From Nitrospirota bacterium (GTDB lineage: Bacteria > Nitrospirota > Thermodesulfovibrionia > UBA6902 > JACROP01): DNA of 56,847 nt. The position numbers and the translations under genes are program-made. Under the pieces are notes generated by a model that was given only the letters and a program-made list of their open reading frames with translations, ran no database searches and had not been told where the DNA came from. The stretch is taken from contig JACROP010000108.1 of assembly GCA_016214385.1 (NCBI GenBank), positions 1 through 56,847 of the forward strand. Direction: 5' to 3'. Below, piece by piece: positions 38,164 through 46,791 of the stretch. How positions within the stretch are numbered: the stretch's first letter is position 1; each line of letters opens with the position of its first letter.

Positions 38164-38835
38164 ATGACCTTAAGGGAAAAGGTGGCAACCATGCTTGACA
38201 ACAGCAGGTTTGAAGAACTGACTGATTTAGGGCATAGAAATAAGGGCGTTTTTAGACATCTTATAGCCCTTACCTATAATAAAGAGAGTGCCATCTGCTG
38301 GAGGGCGATTGAGGCAATAGGGAAAATAACAGGTGTAATATCACAGGAGCATCCAGAGGTTGTAAGAAACCTTATCCAGCGTCTGCTCTGGTCTATGCGC
38401 GAAGAATCAGGCGGTATCGGATGGAGTATGGCAGAGATACTCGGAGAGATAATCAGAAACAGCCCTGACATTTTTTCTGACATCCTACCTATCGTGGTCT
38501 CTTTCCATGAGGAAGAGATGTTCAGGGCGGGTGTATTGAGGGCTATAGGAAGAATCGGCAGTATAAGCCCTGCTCTGGTGAATGCAAATATTCCATTAGT
38601 TAGATTCTACCTTGATGACCATAATCCTGACGTAAGGGCATCAGCAGCATGGACACTTGGGCAACTTAAGGCTGATGAGGGGATAGATGAGCTTCAGCGG
38701 TTATTGAACGACTGCACTCCTGTGACAATTTATGACAATGGCGAGCTTTTTCAGATGACTGTCGGAGAAGTGGCCAGGAAGGCTATGGCTATGATAAAAA
38801 ATAATGGGGAAAATGAAAAGTTTGACAAATATTAA
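38164..38835 (+). CDS. HEAT-repeat protein
   Basis: 'DDHNPDVRASAAWTLGQLKADEGIDELQRLLND' is a HEAT/PBS-lyase-type repeat. It starts 8 nt after the dsrN stop. Confidence 0.65.
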   Translation: MTLREKVATMLDNSRFEELTDLGHRNKGVFRHLIALTYNKESAICWRAIEAIGKITGVISQEHPEVVRNLIQRLLWSMREESGGIGWSMAEILGEIIRNSPDIFSDILPIVVSFHEEEMFRAGVLRAIGRIGSISPALVNANIPLVRFYLDDHNPDVRASAAWTLGQLKADEGIDELQRLLNDCTPVTIYDNGELFQMTVGEVARKAMAMIKNNGENEKFDKY

Positions 38836-38857
38836 AAAACCTGTAATTATTTACTGT

Positions 38858-39409
38858 ATGGACCTGTTAGGCCTTATAAGGAGGCATGCACAGAAACGTG
38901 AGACGGGGATGCTCTCCGTTAAATTAGAGGGGCAGGAACATTTACTTAAAATATATCTAAATGATGGGGAAATTACATTTATAAGCCTTGGACATCTGAG
39001 GAACGAAGAATGTATTGAAAAGATTGGAAATACGACCTCTCTCGGATTTAACTTTATAGAAGGGATGAAACCCCCGAAGACTTCGCCGGTGCCTCTGACA
39101 GAAAAACTAATCGGTAAAGCGGATGTTGCCACCATTATGAAGGAGATAGTTGCCGGCTCTATGACTGTTTCTCCACAGAAAGTAAAGGCCCTTGAGGAAG
39201 ATTTTGTAGATACTATCGGCCCCATAGGCTCTATGCTTATAAATGACATTTATAAGGAAATCTCATACCATAACGGCAGCTCCATGTCAGGTGATGATTA
39301 CAATTATCTCATGGAATCCCTTATAAGAGAACTCCCTGAATCCAAAAAGGAGCAATTCAGGTCAAAATACCAGCAGGGAGGAAGGAAGAGTTCAGAGGAA
39401 AAGAGTTGA
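38858..39409 (+). CDS. PATAN/DUF4388-like small protein
   Basis: 'KRETGMLSVKLEGQEHLLKIYLNDGEITFIS...GFNFIEG' resembles the DUF4388 core. The start is ambiguous (38804, 38813 or 38858). Confidence 0.45.
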   Translation: MDLLGLIRRHAQKRETGMLSVKLEGQEHLLKIYLNDGEITFISLGHLRNEECIEKIGNTTSLGFNFIEGMKPPKTSPVPLTEKLIGKADVATIMKEIVAGSMTVSPQKVKALEEDFVDTIGPIGSMLINDIYKEISYHNGSSMSGDDYNYLMESLIRELPESKKEQFRSKYQQGGRKSSEEKS

Positions 39410-39510
39410 GGAGGAGAAAGTTTTAGAGGAGAAAACCGATAAAGATGTCCCATGGGGCTGATTTCAAAAGAGGATAATTTAAATAAAATATCAACAGGAG
39501 GGACTTATAG

Positions 39511-40398
39511 ATGCTTAAAAATCTCAGGTTAAGGGCAAGATTTACAGTAATACTGCTTATAGTCTTTGCAATATCTCTACCTATTATGACATTCAGCTCT
39601 TATTATATTCTTAAGGCGAATGCAATAAGGGAAATCCTTGAGGAGGCAAACATTTTTCTTGTTACTATGGAATCAGCGAGGGCATATGTAGGTAAGACCT
39701 TAAGACCAAAACTCTTCAAGGAATTACCGGGCAGGTTTATAGTTGAAGGCATGTCATCCACTTTTGTTGCTACAAATATTGCAAACAGGATGAACGAGAA
39801 ATTGCCGAACTATTACTTTAAGGAAGCAACCCTGAACCCCTTGAATCCTAAGAATAAGGTTGATGCCTTTGAAGAAGAAATGGTTAAAAAATTCCGTGAT
39901 GGAACACTTGAGAAGGAGTGGAGGGGTTTTAAAAGCACTCCTGATGGAGAGTTCTATGTGATAATGAGGCCTGTTGTGGTGAATGATTTTGACTGTCTGC
40001 GGTGCCATAGTAACCCTGATATTGCCCCACCTGAGCAAAGGGAGAAATACGGCACAACCAATGGATACGGCTGGAAAATGAATGAGATTGTTGCAGTCAA
40101 TACCATTATTGTCCCTGCGGAAGTGCCTATTAAGAATGCAAAAAAAGCCCTTATACTCTTCACATCGCTTTACGGAGGTTTCTTTTTGTTCCTCCTGATA
40201 ATAATAAATAGAGTGATAAAAGGCAGTATTATAAGTCCTATTGAGAGGTTTGTTATTGCTGCTGAGGAGATCAGCAGGGGCAGGATGGATAAGGAATTTG
40301 ACGTAAAAAGCAATGATGAGGTCAGGACACTTGCAGATGCCTTTACAAGACTGAAACTGAGTCTTGCGAAGGCAATGGACATCCTGAAGAAGAAATAG
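39511..40398 (+). CDS. Membrane sensor: periplasmic haem-c DUF3365 domain + HAMP, with no output domain
   Basis: TM1, 'KEATLNPLNPKNKVDAFEEEM' and 'CLRCHSNPD' (CxxCH), TM2, then HAMP 'ISPIERFVIAAEEISRGRMDKEFDVKSNDEVRTLADAF'. The ORF ends 20 aa later. Confidence 0.75.
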   Translation: MLKNLRLRARFTVILLIVFAISLPIMTFSSYYILKANAIREILEEANIFLVTMESARAYVGKTLRPKLFKELPGRFIVEGMSSTFVATNIANRMNEKLPNYYFKEATLNPLNPKNKVDAFEEEMVKKFRDGTLEKEWRGFKSTPDGEFYVIMRPVVVNDFDCLRCHSNPDIAPPEQREKYGTTNGYGWKMNEIVAVNTIIVPAEVPIKNAKKALILFTSLYGGFFLFLLIIINRVIKGSIISPIERFVIAAEEISRGRMDKEFDVKSNDEVRTLADAFTRLKLSLAKAMDILKKK

Positions 40399-40400
40399 CC

Positions 40401-41678
40401 ATGACAAGAGGAAGCGTGCTTGTTATAGATGATAGTTCTACTGTAAGGAAACTCGCAGAGGGCATCCTGACATCAGAGGGTTATACTGTTTATACAGCAG
40501 GCGACGGCAAGGAGGGGCTCACAATTGCAAAGGAAATTAAGCCTGCAGTTATCCTTGTGGATTTTATTATGCCGGGTATGAATGGTTATCAGCTCTGCAA
40601 GATGATAAGGTTTGACCCTGAACTGAAAAATACACCGCTCATCCTTATAAGCGCTAAGGGAGAGCAGGTTGGTAAAAAGTTCATGGAGGCATTCAAGATA
40701 AACGATTATTTTCAAAAGCCCTTTCAACCCGACGACCTTGTAGAAAAAATAGCCTCTGTCCTTGTTGAGGAAGAAGAGAAAGAAGAGGTGAAAAAAGAGC
40801 CTGTAAAGGTGGAGCCCCATATAGGGGCTTTGCCAGATGTAAGGGGAATCGAGAACTTAATGGATGGTATAATGAGGCGGTATTTCCTGAATGAGTTCCC
40901 ATTGCAACTAAACAACATACTGGTTGGTTCCCTTAGAAAATTCGGCCTGGTAAGGGATGAATCCCTCGTGCTTTCTGGTGACCTCTCTATTTTTCAATTG
41001 CCTGATGTCCTTCAATTTGTTGGTTCAAGTAAGCTAACAGGAAGACTCACGGCTTTCTCGGCTAAGTGTTCATCAGAGATTTATTTTGACAATGGCGATG
41101 TGGTGTGGGGCATTATGAGCAAAAGGGGATGGAGTGCAATTATGGGTGAGGACCTTGTGAAGGACAGGAGACTCTCAAGAAATGATGTTGACCGCGCCCT
41201 CGCAGTCTCAAAAAGAGATAGTATTCCGCTTGGAAGGGCACTTGTCCAGGAAGGTCTTTTATCAGAGCTGGAGTTAATGGAGAGGATGAAGAAGACAGTA
41301 GAGAATGTGGTTTATACAAGTATCAGAATTGAAAAGGGGAGGTTTTTCTTCGAGAGAATGCCTCTGCCTGACAGCCTTTCTGACATAACCTTCAGGATTG
41401 CAGTATCCACTCTAATCCTCGAAGGGGTAAGGCGTCTTGATGAGAGGCGTCTTGCAAGCCAGACGTTCAAAGAACCGGATGTTGTCTTTGTCAGGCTTAT
41501 TACAGATGCCGAAGAGATTGAAAACGTTACCCTCGATAAGAAGGAGATGAATATTTTCCTCCTCATAAATGGTAAAAGGACCCTTACTGAAATTATTCAG
41601 GAAAGTGGTCTTGATGAGGGAGAAGTAAAGAGAATTCTATATACTCTTACAAAAGTAGGGCTTGTAAAAAAGAAATAA
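40401..41678 (+). CDS. Response regulator: REC + PATAN (DUF4388) domain
   Basis: REC ('VLVIDDSS', 'ILVDFIMPGMNG', 'KPF'), an E/K-rich linker, then 'LSGDLSIFQLPDVLQFVGSSKLTGRLT...IYFDNGDVVWG...EKGRFFFE'. Confidence 0.75.
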   Translation: MTRGSVLVIDDSSTVRKLAEGILTSEGYTVYTAGDGKEGLTIAKEIKPAVILVDFIMPGMNGYQLCKMIRFDPELKNTPLILISAKGEQVGKKFMEAFKINDYFQKPFQPDDLVEKIASVLVEEEEKEEVKKEPVKVEPHIGALPDVRGIENLMDGIMRRYFLNEFPLQLNNILVGSLRKFGLVRDESLVLSGDLSIFQLPDVLQFVGSSKLTGRLTAFSAKCSSEIYFDNGDVVWGIMSKRGWSAIMGEDLVKDRRLSRNDVDRALAVSKRDSIPLGRALVQEGLLSELELMERMKKTVENVVYTSIRIEKGRFFFERMPLPDSLSDITFRIAVSTLILEGVRRLDERRLASQTFKEPDVVFVRLITDAEEIENVTLDKKEMNIFLLINGKRTLTEIIQESGLDEGEVKRILYTLTKVGLVKKK

Positions 41679-41689
41679 AGGAGGCGTTT

Positions 41690-42055
41690 ATGGCGAGGAT
41701 ACTCATCGCGGATGATAGTGCAACAGACCTGGAAGTTATAAAAGGGGCATTGAAGGATACCCCTCACGAGCTGGTGACAGCAATGGATGGCCTGGAAACA
41801 GAGGCAAAGGTCAAAAGCGAGCATATTGATCTTATAATCCTTGACGTGGTAATGCCCAAAAAGAGTGGTTTTCAGATTTGCAGGGACTTAAAAATGGATG
41901 AGAAATATAAGAATATTCCAATAATTATGCTTACATCGAAGACGCAGGAGGGTGACAGATTCTGGGGCCTCAAACAGGGTGCAGACGAATATCTGACTAA
42001 ACCCTTTGAACCAATAGACCTCCTCCTCGCTGTAAAGAAACACCTGAGTAAATGA
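41690..42055 (+). CDS. cheY: CheY-like single-domain response regulator
   Basis: 'ILIADDS', 'LIILDVVMPKKSG', 'TSK' and 'YLTKPF'. Confidence 0.85.
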   Translation: MARILIADDSATDLEVIKGALKDTPHELVTAMDGLETEAKVKSEHIDLIILDVVMPKKSGFQICRDLKMDEKYKNIPIIMLTSKTQEGDRFWGLKQGADEYLTKPFEPIDLLLAVKKHLSK

Positions 42056-42453
42056 ACGAACAGATACAGCAAGAGACTCCCGAGGAAAGATTACCGAAGA
42101 ATTACTGTGTTTTCCGTGTGGACAAAAAGGAGTTTACCCTGCTGCTGAGCGAGGTAAAGGAAATAGTTAAGATTCCTGAGATATTTCCCGTGCCTCTGGC
42201 CCCTGATTATGTAAGGGGGATTATCCAGTTGAGAGGAAGAATAATCCCTGTTGTGGATCTCTTACAGGTGTACGAGGCATATGATACAGGAGAGGTTAGG
42301 TCATCAACTGTAAAGGTGGTAATTGTGGTTGATGCAGGCAGGGGCCTCATAGGGTTTCTCTCAGAAGACCTTCCGAGCCTTGTTGATGAGATGAGCGGGG
42401 AAGGGATAGATATCGCTGAGTTTTTTGATGCCCTGAGGGTAAGGGAGACCTGA
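42052..42453 (+). CDS. cheW: CheW-like coupling protein
   Basis: 133 aa. 'VFRVDKKEFTLLLSEVKEIVKIPEIFPVPLAPDYVRGIIQLRGRIIPVVDL'. It has an ATGA overlap with cheY. Confidence 0.85.
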   Translation: MNEQIQQETPEERLPKNYCVFRVDKKEFTLLLSEVKEIVKIPEIFPVPLAPDYVRGIIQLRGRIIPVVDLLQVYEAYDTGEVRSSTVKVVIVVDAGRGLIGFLSEDLPSLVDEMSGEGIDIAEFFDALRVRET

Positions 42454-44702
42454 TGCATTTTGATAGTTCAAGACTCGTTGATTTTTTCCTTGCCGAGGCA
42501 TACGACCATATAAATATCCTCGAAAAGGGTATCTTGCAGCTCGAGGCAAATCCCCGGGATATAGCTCAGATAGAAGAGCTCTTCAGGTCAGCCCATACCA
42601 TAAAAGGGTCTGCTGCTCTGGTGAAACTCAATGGTATCAGTAATGCAGCTCACAGGATGGAGGATATACTTGAAGGTGTTATGGGGGAAAGGATACCTGT
42701 TACACCCCAGTGTATAGAAGTGCTCCTTTACATCCTCGACACAATAAAGGAACTTATCAGGGGTGTCGGCTCGGGCAAAGAAGAGCCCGCGTCTTTAGGA
42801 GAGAAAATAGATTACATGATCAAAACCAAGATACAGGAAGTCGAGAAACCCGAAGAAGAGAGACGTGAACTTGGCAGAAGAAAAGAAGACAAGGAGCTTG
42901 TTGAGCACAAGTCCGTCAGGGTTGATGTCAGTAGAGTTGAGGAGATGATGAATCTCGTAGGGGAGCTGACGATAATAAAAAACCATTTATTTAAGAACGT
43001 CAAGAAAACAGATAAGCTTACAGATGAGGTGTTTGCGACAGGTGTAAGACTTCTAAGGGAGTTAACAAGTTTCTCGGATAGATATGCGTATTCCCTCCCG
43101 GAGTCTGTAAAATATACAGACACCCTCCTTTCAGATTTCCAGGAGCTCGAGTTTGACAGATACGATGAGCTCAACCTGTTTTCGAGAAAACTCCAGGAGA
43201 TTACAAACGATATAAATGAGGCATTAAGGGAACTTGCTGCCACCTATGGAGACCTTGTGGCTTCTTTGAAAAATATAGATAAAGTTGTGGGTTTTCTGAA
43301 GGGAGAAGTTTCAGAGGTGAGGATGATTGAGATTGGTAAGCTCTTCCACAGGTTTACCCGTCCTGTGAGAGACATCGCTCTTGAATCTAATAAGAAGGTT
43401 GATTTTAATATTTCAGGCGGAGAGACCAAGGTTGACAAGCTGATCTTTGAAAAGCTCTTCGACCCCCTTCTGCACCTTGTCAGAAATGCCATTTATCATG
43501 GAATAGAACCTCCGCAGGAAAGGACAGAGGCAGGCAAAAAGGCTGAGGGAGATATTTCCCTTTCAGCGAGGAGGGAAGGTAACAACGTTGTTATCGAGCT
43601 AAGAGATGATGGAAGAGGTATAGATACTGAGAAGGTTCGCGAGGTTGCTGTTGAGAGGGGGATGTTCTCAGTTGATTATCCGCAATTAAGAAGACAAGAT
43701 CTTATAGATATAATATTTACACCTGGCTTTACCACAACGGAGACGACCAATATGGTATCCGGTAGAGGGATTGGACTTAATGTGGTGAGGGAATATATAT
43801 CTGCCCTCAACGGCCTTATTGAGGTGGATACAGAAAAGGGCGTTGGTACTACTTTCAGGCTGAAAGTACCGCTTTCTCTTATCATTGTTGATGTTGTGAG
43901 CTTTATGGCAGGGGGTATGGAATTTGTTGTGCCGGCAAGACTTGTAGAGGAAATCACTTACACAGGGGCGCATATGGACATCAACGAACCTGACTCTTTA
44001 AACTTTAGAGGGAGGAGAATCCCTGTTAAACTTCTGACAGATACCCTCGGTTTCAAGGACATTGCAACTGTTGGGAACAAACCTGTTCTTGTTGTGAATC
44101 TCGCGGGAAGGCTTGCAGGTATGATAGTTGATGAAATAGTGAGCCATGAGGAGACGGTTATAAAACCCCTCGGGAGGTTTCTTGAAGGCCTCACAATTTA
44201 CTCAGGCGCCACAATATCAGGCGATGGGAAAGTCAGGGTTGTTATAAATCCCACAAAACTCTTTGAGGAAAAAATTCCAGTCTCTGAGATCGGGGCGGTT
44301 ACAACTGCAGAGAAGGCTTATCAAGGCAGGAGAGTTCTGATTGTAGATGATTCTCTCAGTGTGAGAAAATATGTGAGCGGCTTCCTCGAGTCAAAGGACT
44401 TCAGGGTGTATACTGCCACTAACGGAATAGAAGCCTTAAAATTACTTGGCGAAAATGAGATCGACCTTATAATAACCGACCTTGAAATGCCGGTAATGCA
44501 TGGTTATGAGCTGATAAACGAGCTAAGAAAGGAAGAGAAATTTCAAAACATTCCGGTGGTAGTCCTGACTTCAAGGGGCAGCGAAAAACACAGGGAAAAA
44601 GCTCTTTCACTCGGTGCAAAGGATTATCTGGTAAAACCCTTTGACGAAGATACCCTGATAGAAGTTGTAAGAAGAAACCTGTCTGCCTCCTTCCTCACAT
44701 AA
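42453..44702 (+). CDS. cheA: CheA-type histidine kinase with C-terminal receiver (no recognisable P2)
   Basis: Hpt 'FRSAHTIKGSAA', N-box 'HLVRNAIYHGIE', 'DDGRGID', 'GRGIGLNVV', a P5 CheW-like domain and REC 'VLIVDDS...IITDLEMPVMHG...VKPF'. Confidence 0.9.
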   Translation: MHFDSSRLVDFFLAEAYDHINILEKGILQLEANPRDIAQIEELFRSAHTIKGSAALVKLNGISNAAHRMEDILEGVMGERIPVTPQCIEVLLYILDTIKELIRGVGSGKEEPASLGEKIDYMIKTKIQEVEKPEEERRELGRRKEDKELVEHKSVRVDVSRVEEMMNLVGELTIIKNHLFKNVKKTDKLTDEVFATGVRLLRELTSFSDRYAYSLPESVKYTDTLLSDFQELEFDRYDELNLFSRKLQEITNDINEALRELAATYGDLVASLKNIDKVVGFLKGEVSEVRMIEIGKLFHRFTRPVRDIALESNKKVDFNISGGETKVDKLIFEKLFDPLLHLVRNAIYHGIEPPQERTEAGKKAEGDISLSARREGNNVVIELRDDGRGIDTEKVREVAVERGMFSVDYPQLRRQDLIDIIFTPGFTTTETTNMVSGRGIGLNVVREYISALNGLIEVDTEKGVGTTFRLKVPLSLIIVDVVSFMAGGMEFVVPARLVEEITYTGAHMDINEPDSLNFRGRRIPVKLLTDTLGFKDIATVGNKPVLVVNLAGRLAGMIVDEIVSHEETVIKPLGRFLEGLTIYSGATISGDGKVRVVINPTKLFEEKIPVSEIGAVTTAEKAYQGRRVLIVDDSLSVRKYVSGFLESKDFRVYTATNGIEALKLLGENEIDLIITDLEMPVMHGYELINELRKEEKFQNIPVVVLTSRGSEKHREKALSLGAKDYLVKPFDEDTLIEVVRRNLSASFLT

Positions 44703-44729
44703 GATCCTTCGTTGCTTTGCTCCTCAGGA

Positions 44730-44776
44730 TAACTAAAACCAAATGTTAAACGATATATTTGGTTTTAGTTATTTTA
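44730..44776. terminator. Bidirectional hairpin terminator between cheA and the MCP gene
   Basis: A perfect 15-bp stem, 'taactaaaaccaaat' (44730-44744) with 'atttggttttagtta' (44757-44771), and a 12-nt loop. A T-run follows on the plus strand. Confidence 0.6.
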
Positions 44777-46531
44777 GAAGCTTACCTTTCCAGATATCTC
44801 TGGTTGTCCGGGTAGTTTAAATGTTCCAACTGCATCGAGGAGCCCTTTTGATGTCGCTGAGAGGCTCTCAGAAATGGACGAAGAGTCTTTTACCATTTTC
44901 AACATCTGCATGGATATCCTGTTCACCTCTTCCATTGCAATAACAACTTTAGCGGAAAGTCCCTTCTGATTGGTAGCAGTATCGTATATTTCCGAAATTA
45001 TGCGACTTGTATTGTTAATAGCGTTTTTAATATCTTCAAATGCATCACCTGTATCTTTTGCTATATTAGTTCCATGCTCCACGAGCCTTGTTTCTTCCTC
45101 AAGGGTAGTGGTTACCTCACCTGCAACCAATTGGATGGCATTTATCACTTCACCTATCTGTTTTGTAGCTGATGCTGACCTGTCTGCAAGCTCCCTTATC
45201 TGTTCCGCGATAATAACAAATCCCTTGCCCTGTTCTCCGGCCCTTGCGGCTTCGATGGATGCATTCAGGGCGAGAAGGTTTGTCTGAAATGCAACATCAC
45301 TGATCAGTTTTGATATGGTCTCTATCTCCATTAATCTCTCTGAAAGGTTTTTCATCTTTTTATTGATAGATTGAACTGTTACTCTTATAATCTGTATCCC
45401 ATCAATACTTTCTGTAACGAGCTTGTCACCCTTTTCTGCAGCCCCTGAAGTTTCTGAAGATATATCCTGGGCAGTCTTTGTCTTTTCAGATATATCGATG
45501 ATTGAGTTTATTGTTTCATCAACGTTTCCTGTAGCCTTTTTTACTTCTGCCATCTGTGTCTCTGCGCCTTTACCCATCTCTCGTAGCATTAAAAGCATTT
45601 TCTGGCTTTCCTGGCCAACTTTAGTAGTGGACATTCTTACATTGTTAAGTAATTCAGACAGTCCTTCGATCATGAGGTTGTATGCGTCAGCAATAGAGCC
45701 GAAGAGGTCTGCTGTCACTGGCGCTTTCTGAGAAAGGTCGCCTTCTGAGGCAGAACTGATAATGTTTAACATATATACAAGGCCTTCCTGGGTCTTTTTT
45801 CTTTCCGCTCCTGTCTGGGTCTGAGCCCTCAGCGTTTCTATGCTGTTATTTATAGCCGTGGCAAGTGCTCCAAACTCATCCTTAGATCTAACAGTTGCCG
45901 TAACGCTGAAGTCTCCTTTACTGAGAGCCCTCGTAGCCCCTATAAGTTCCACAAGTGGTCTGGTAATTTTTCCGGATACGAGGATTGACAGAGGTATTAT
46001 TATGGAGAAAATTATTGCCATAGCTATAAGAAAGTCCGTAATCTCTGCGTTTAAGGCATCCAGGAGGGTAAATTCCTTTATTCCCAGACGAATTATTCGA
46101 CCTTTACCTGCAGGCGCTGCAATGTCCAGTATGAGGTTACCTCTGGGGTCTTCCCATTTATTTGTAGATATTCCTTCTGTTGGCGCCTTCAATGTCTCTA
46201 AAACCTTTGGCACATCTTTTGGAAAAGTATGGGCTAAAACACTGCCTTTGTCGTCTTGAATAACGCAGTACGCAAAGTCTTTATCCATTGCCAGTGTTTT
46301 CTTCACGATTTCGGTTAGAGGCAGTTCAGCACTGCTTGCAAGGGCGGATGTGAGGTTTGAACTGGTGGTTGAGACAACGATAGTCCCTTTTTTAAGGTTT
46401 GTCTCTTGTGTATTTTTCTGTATTTTAAGGAGATGATAAGCAAATACTAAGATGCTTGCTAAGGAGATTACTACAATAAAGATTAATAAAATTTTTGATC
46501 TCACACCCAACCCTGTTTTAAGTTCTGCCAT
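44774..46531 (-). CDS. Methyl-accepting chemotaxis protein (2 TM, periplasmic sensor, HAMP)
   Basis: 'FQTNLLALNASIEAARAGEQGKGFVIIAEQIRELADRS' signalling hairpin, a HAMP domain after TM2, and a ~130-aa periplasmic domain. Confidence 0.9.
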   Translation of the reverse strand: MAELKTGLGVRSKILLIFIVVISLASILVFAYHLLKIQKNTQETNLKKGTIVVSTTSSNLTSALASSAELPLTEIVKKTLAMDKDFAYCVIQDDKGSVLAHTFPKDVPKVLETLKAPTEGISTNKWEDPRGNLILDIAAPAGKGRIIRLGIKEFTLLDALNAEITDFLIAMAIIFSIIIPLSILVSGKITRPLVELIGATRALSKGDFSVTATVRSKDEFGALATAINNSIETLRAQTQTGAERKKTQEGLVYMLNIISSASEGDLSQKAPVTADLFGSIADAYNLMIEGLSELLNNVRMSTTKVGQESQKMLLMLREMGKGAETQMAEVKKATGNVDETINSIIDISEKTKTAQDISSETSGAAEKGDKLVTESIDGIQIIRVTVQSINKKMKNLSERLMEIETISKLISDVAFQTNLLALNASIEAARAGEQGKGFVIIAEQIRELADRSASATKQIGEVINAIQLVAGEVTTTLEEETRLVEHGTNIAKDTGDAFEDIKNAINNTSRIISEIYDTATNQKGLSAKVVIAMEEVNRISMQMLKMVKDSSSISESLSATSKGLLDAVGTFKLPGQPEISGKVSF

Positions 46532-46541
46532 AATATCCCCC

Positions 46542-46559
46542 TTTTTTTTTTTTTTTTTT
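46542..46559. repeat. T18 homopolymer (A18 on the MCP sense strand)
   Basis: 18 consecutive T. On the minus strand the sequence reads A18-GGGGGATATT-ATG(MCP). Confidence 0.9.
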
Positions 46560-46791
46560 ATATACTATCATTTTATTAATATTCACTTTATAAGGTAGTC
46601 TAAATTGAGATTCAAGTCAAGTAATTCGTTAGAATTAAAAGACTTTGACCAGAATAATGCTGAGTTTATAAGCAATCGTGATTTATAGATAAGTTTTTTT
46701 TATTTGACCAGCAGGCTACCGCTATATTAGGCTTATATGTTTAATTATTTCTTAAAATATTTTATAATAATATCCCAATAACATCAAGATT

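Noticed and set aside
39754-40407. 217-aa minus-strand ORF antisense to the DUF3365-HAMP gene
   Set aside because: It lies entirely within a well-supported plus-strand gene. Its composition is low-complexity and Cys/His/Phe-rich, with no motif and no RBS, so it is most likely a shadow ORF.
42812-43957. Several 80-140-aa minus-strand ORFs (42812-43243, 43244-43492, 43676-43957) antisense to cheA
   Set aside because: They are Ser/Leu-rich shadow frames of a strongly supported CheA gene.
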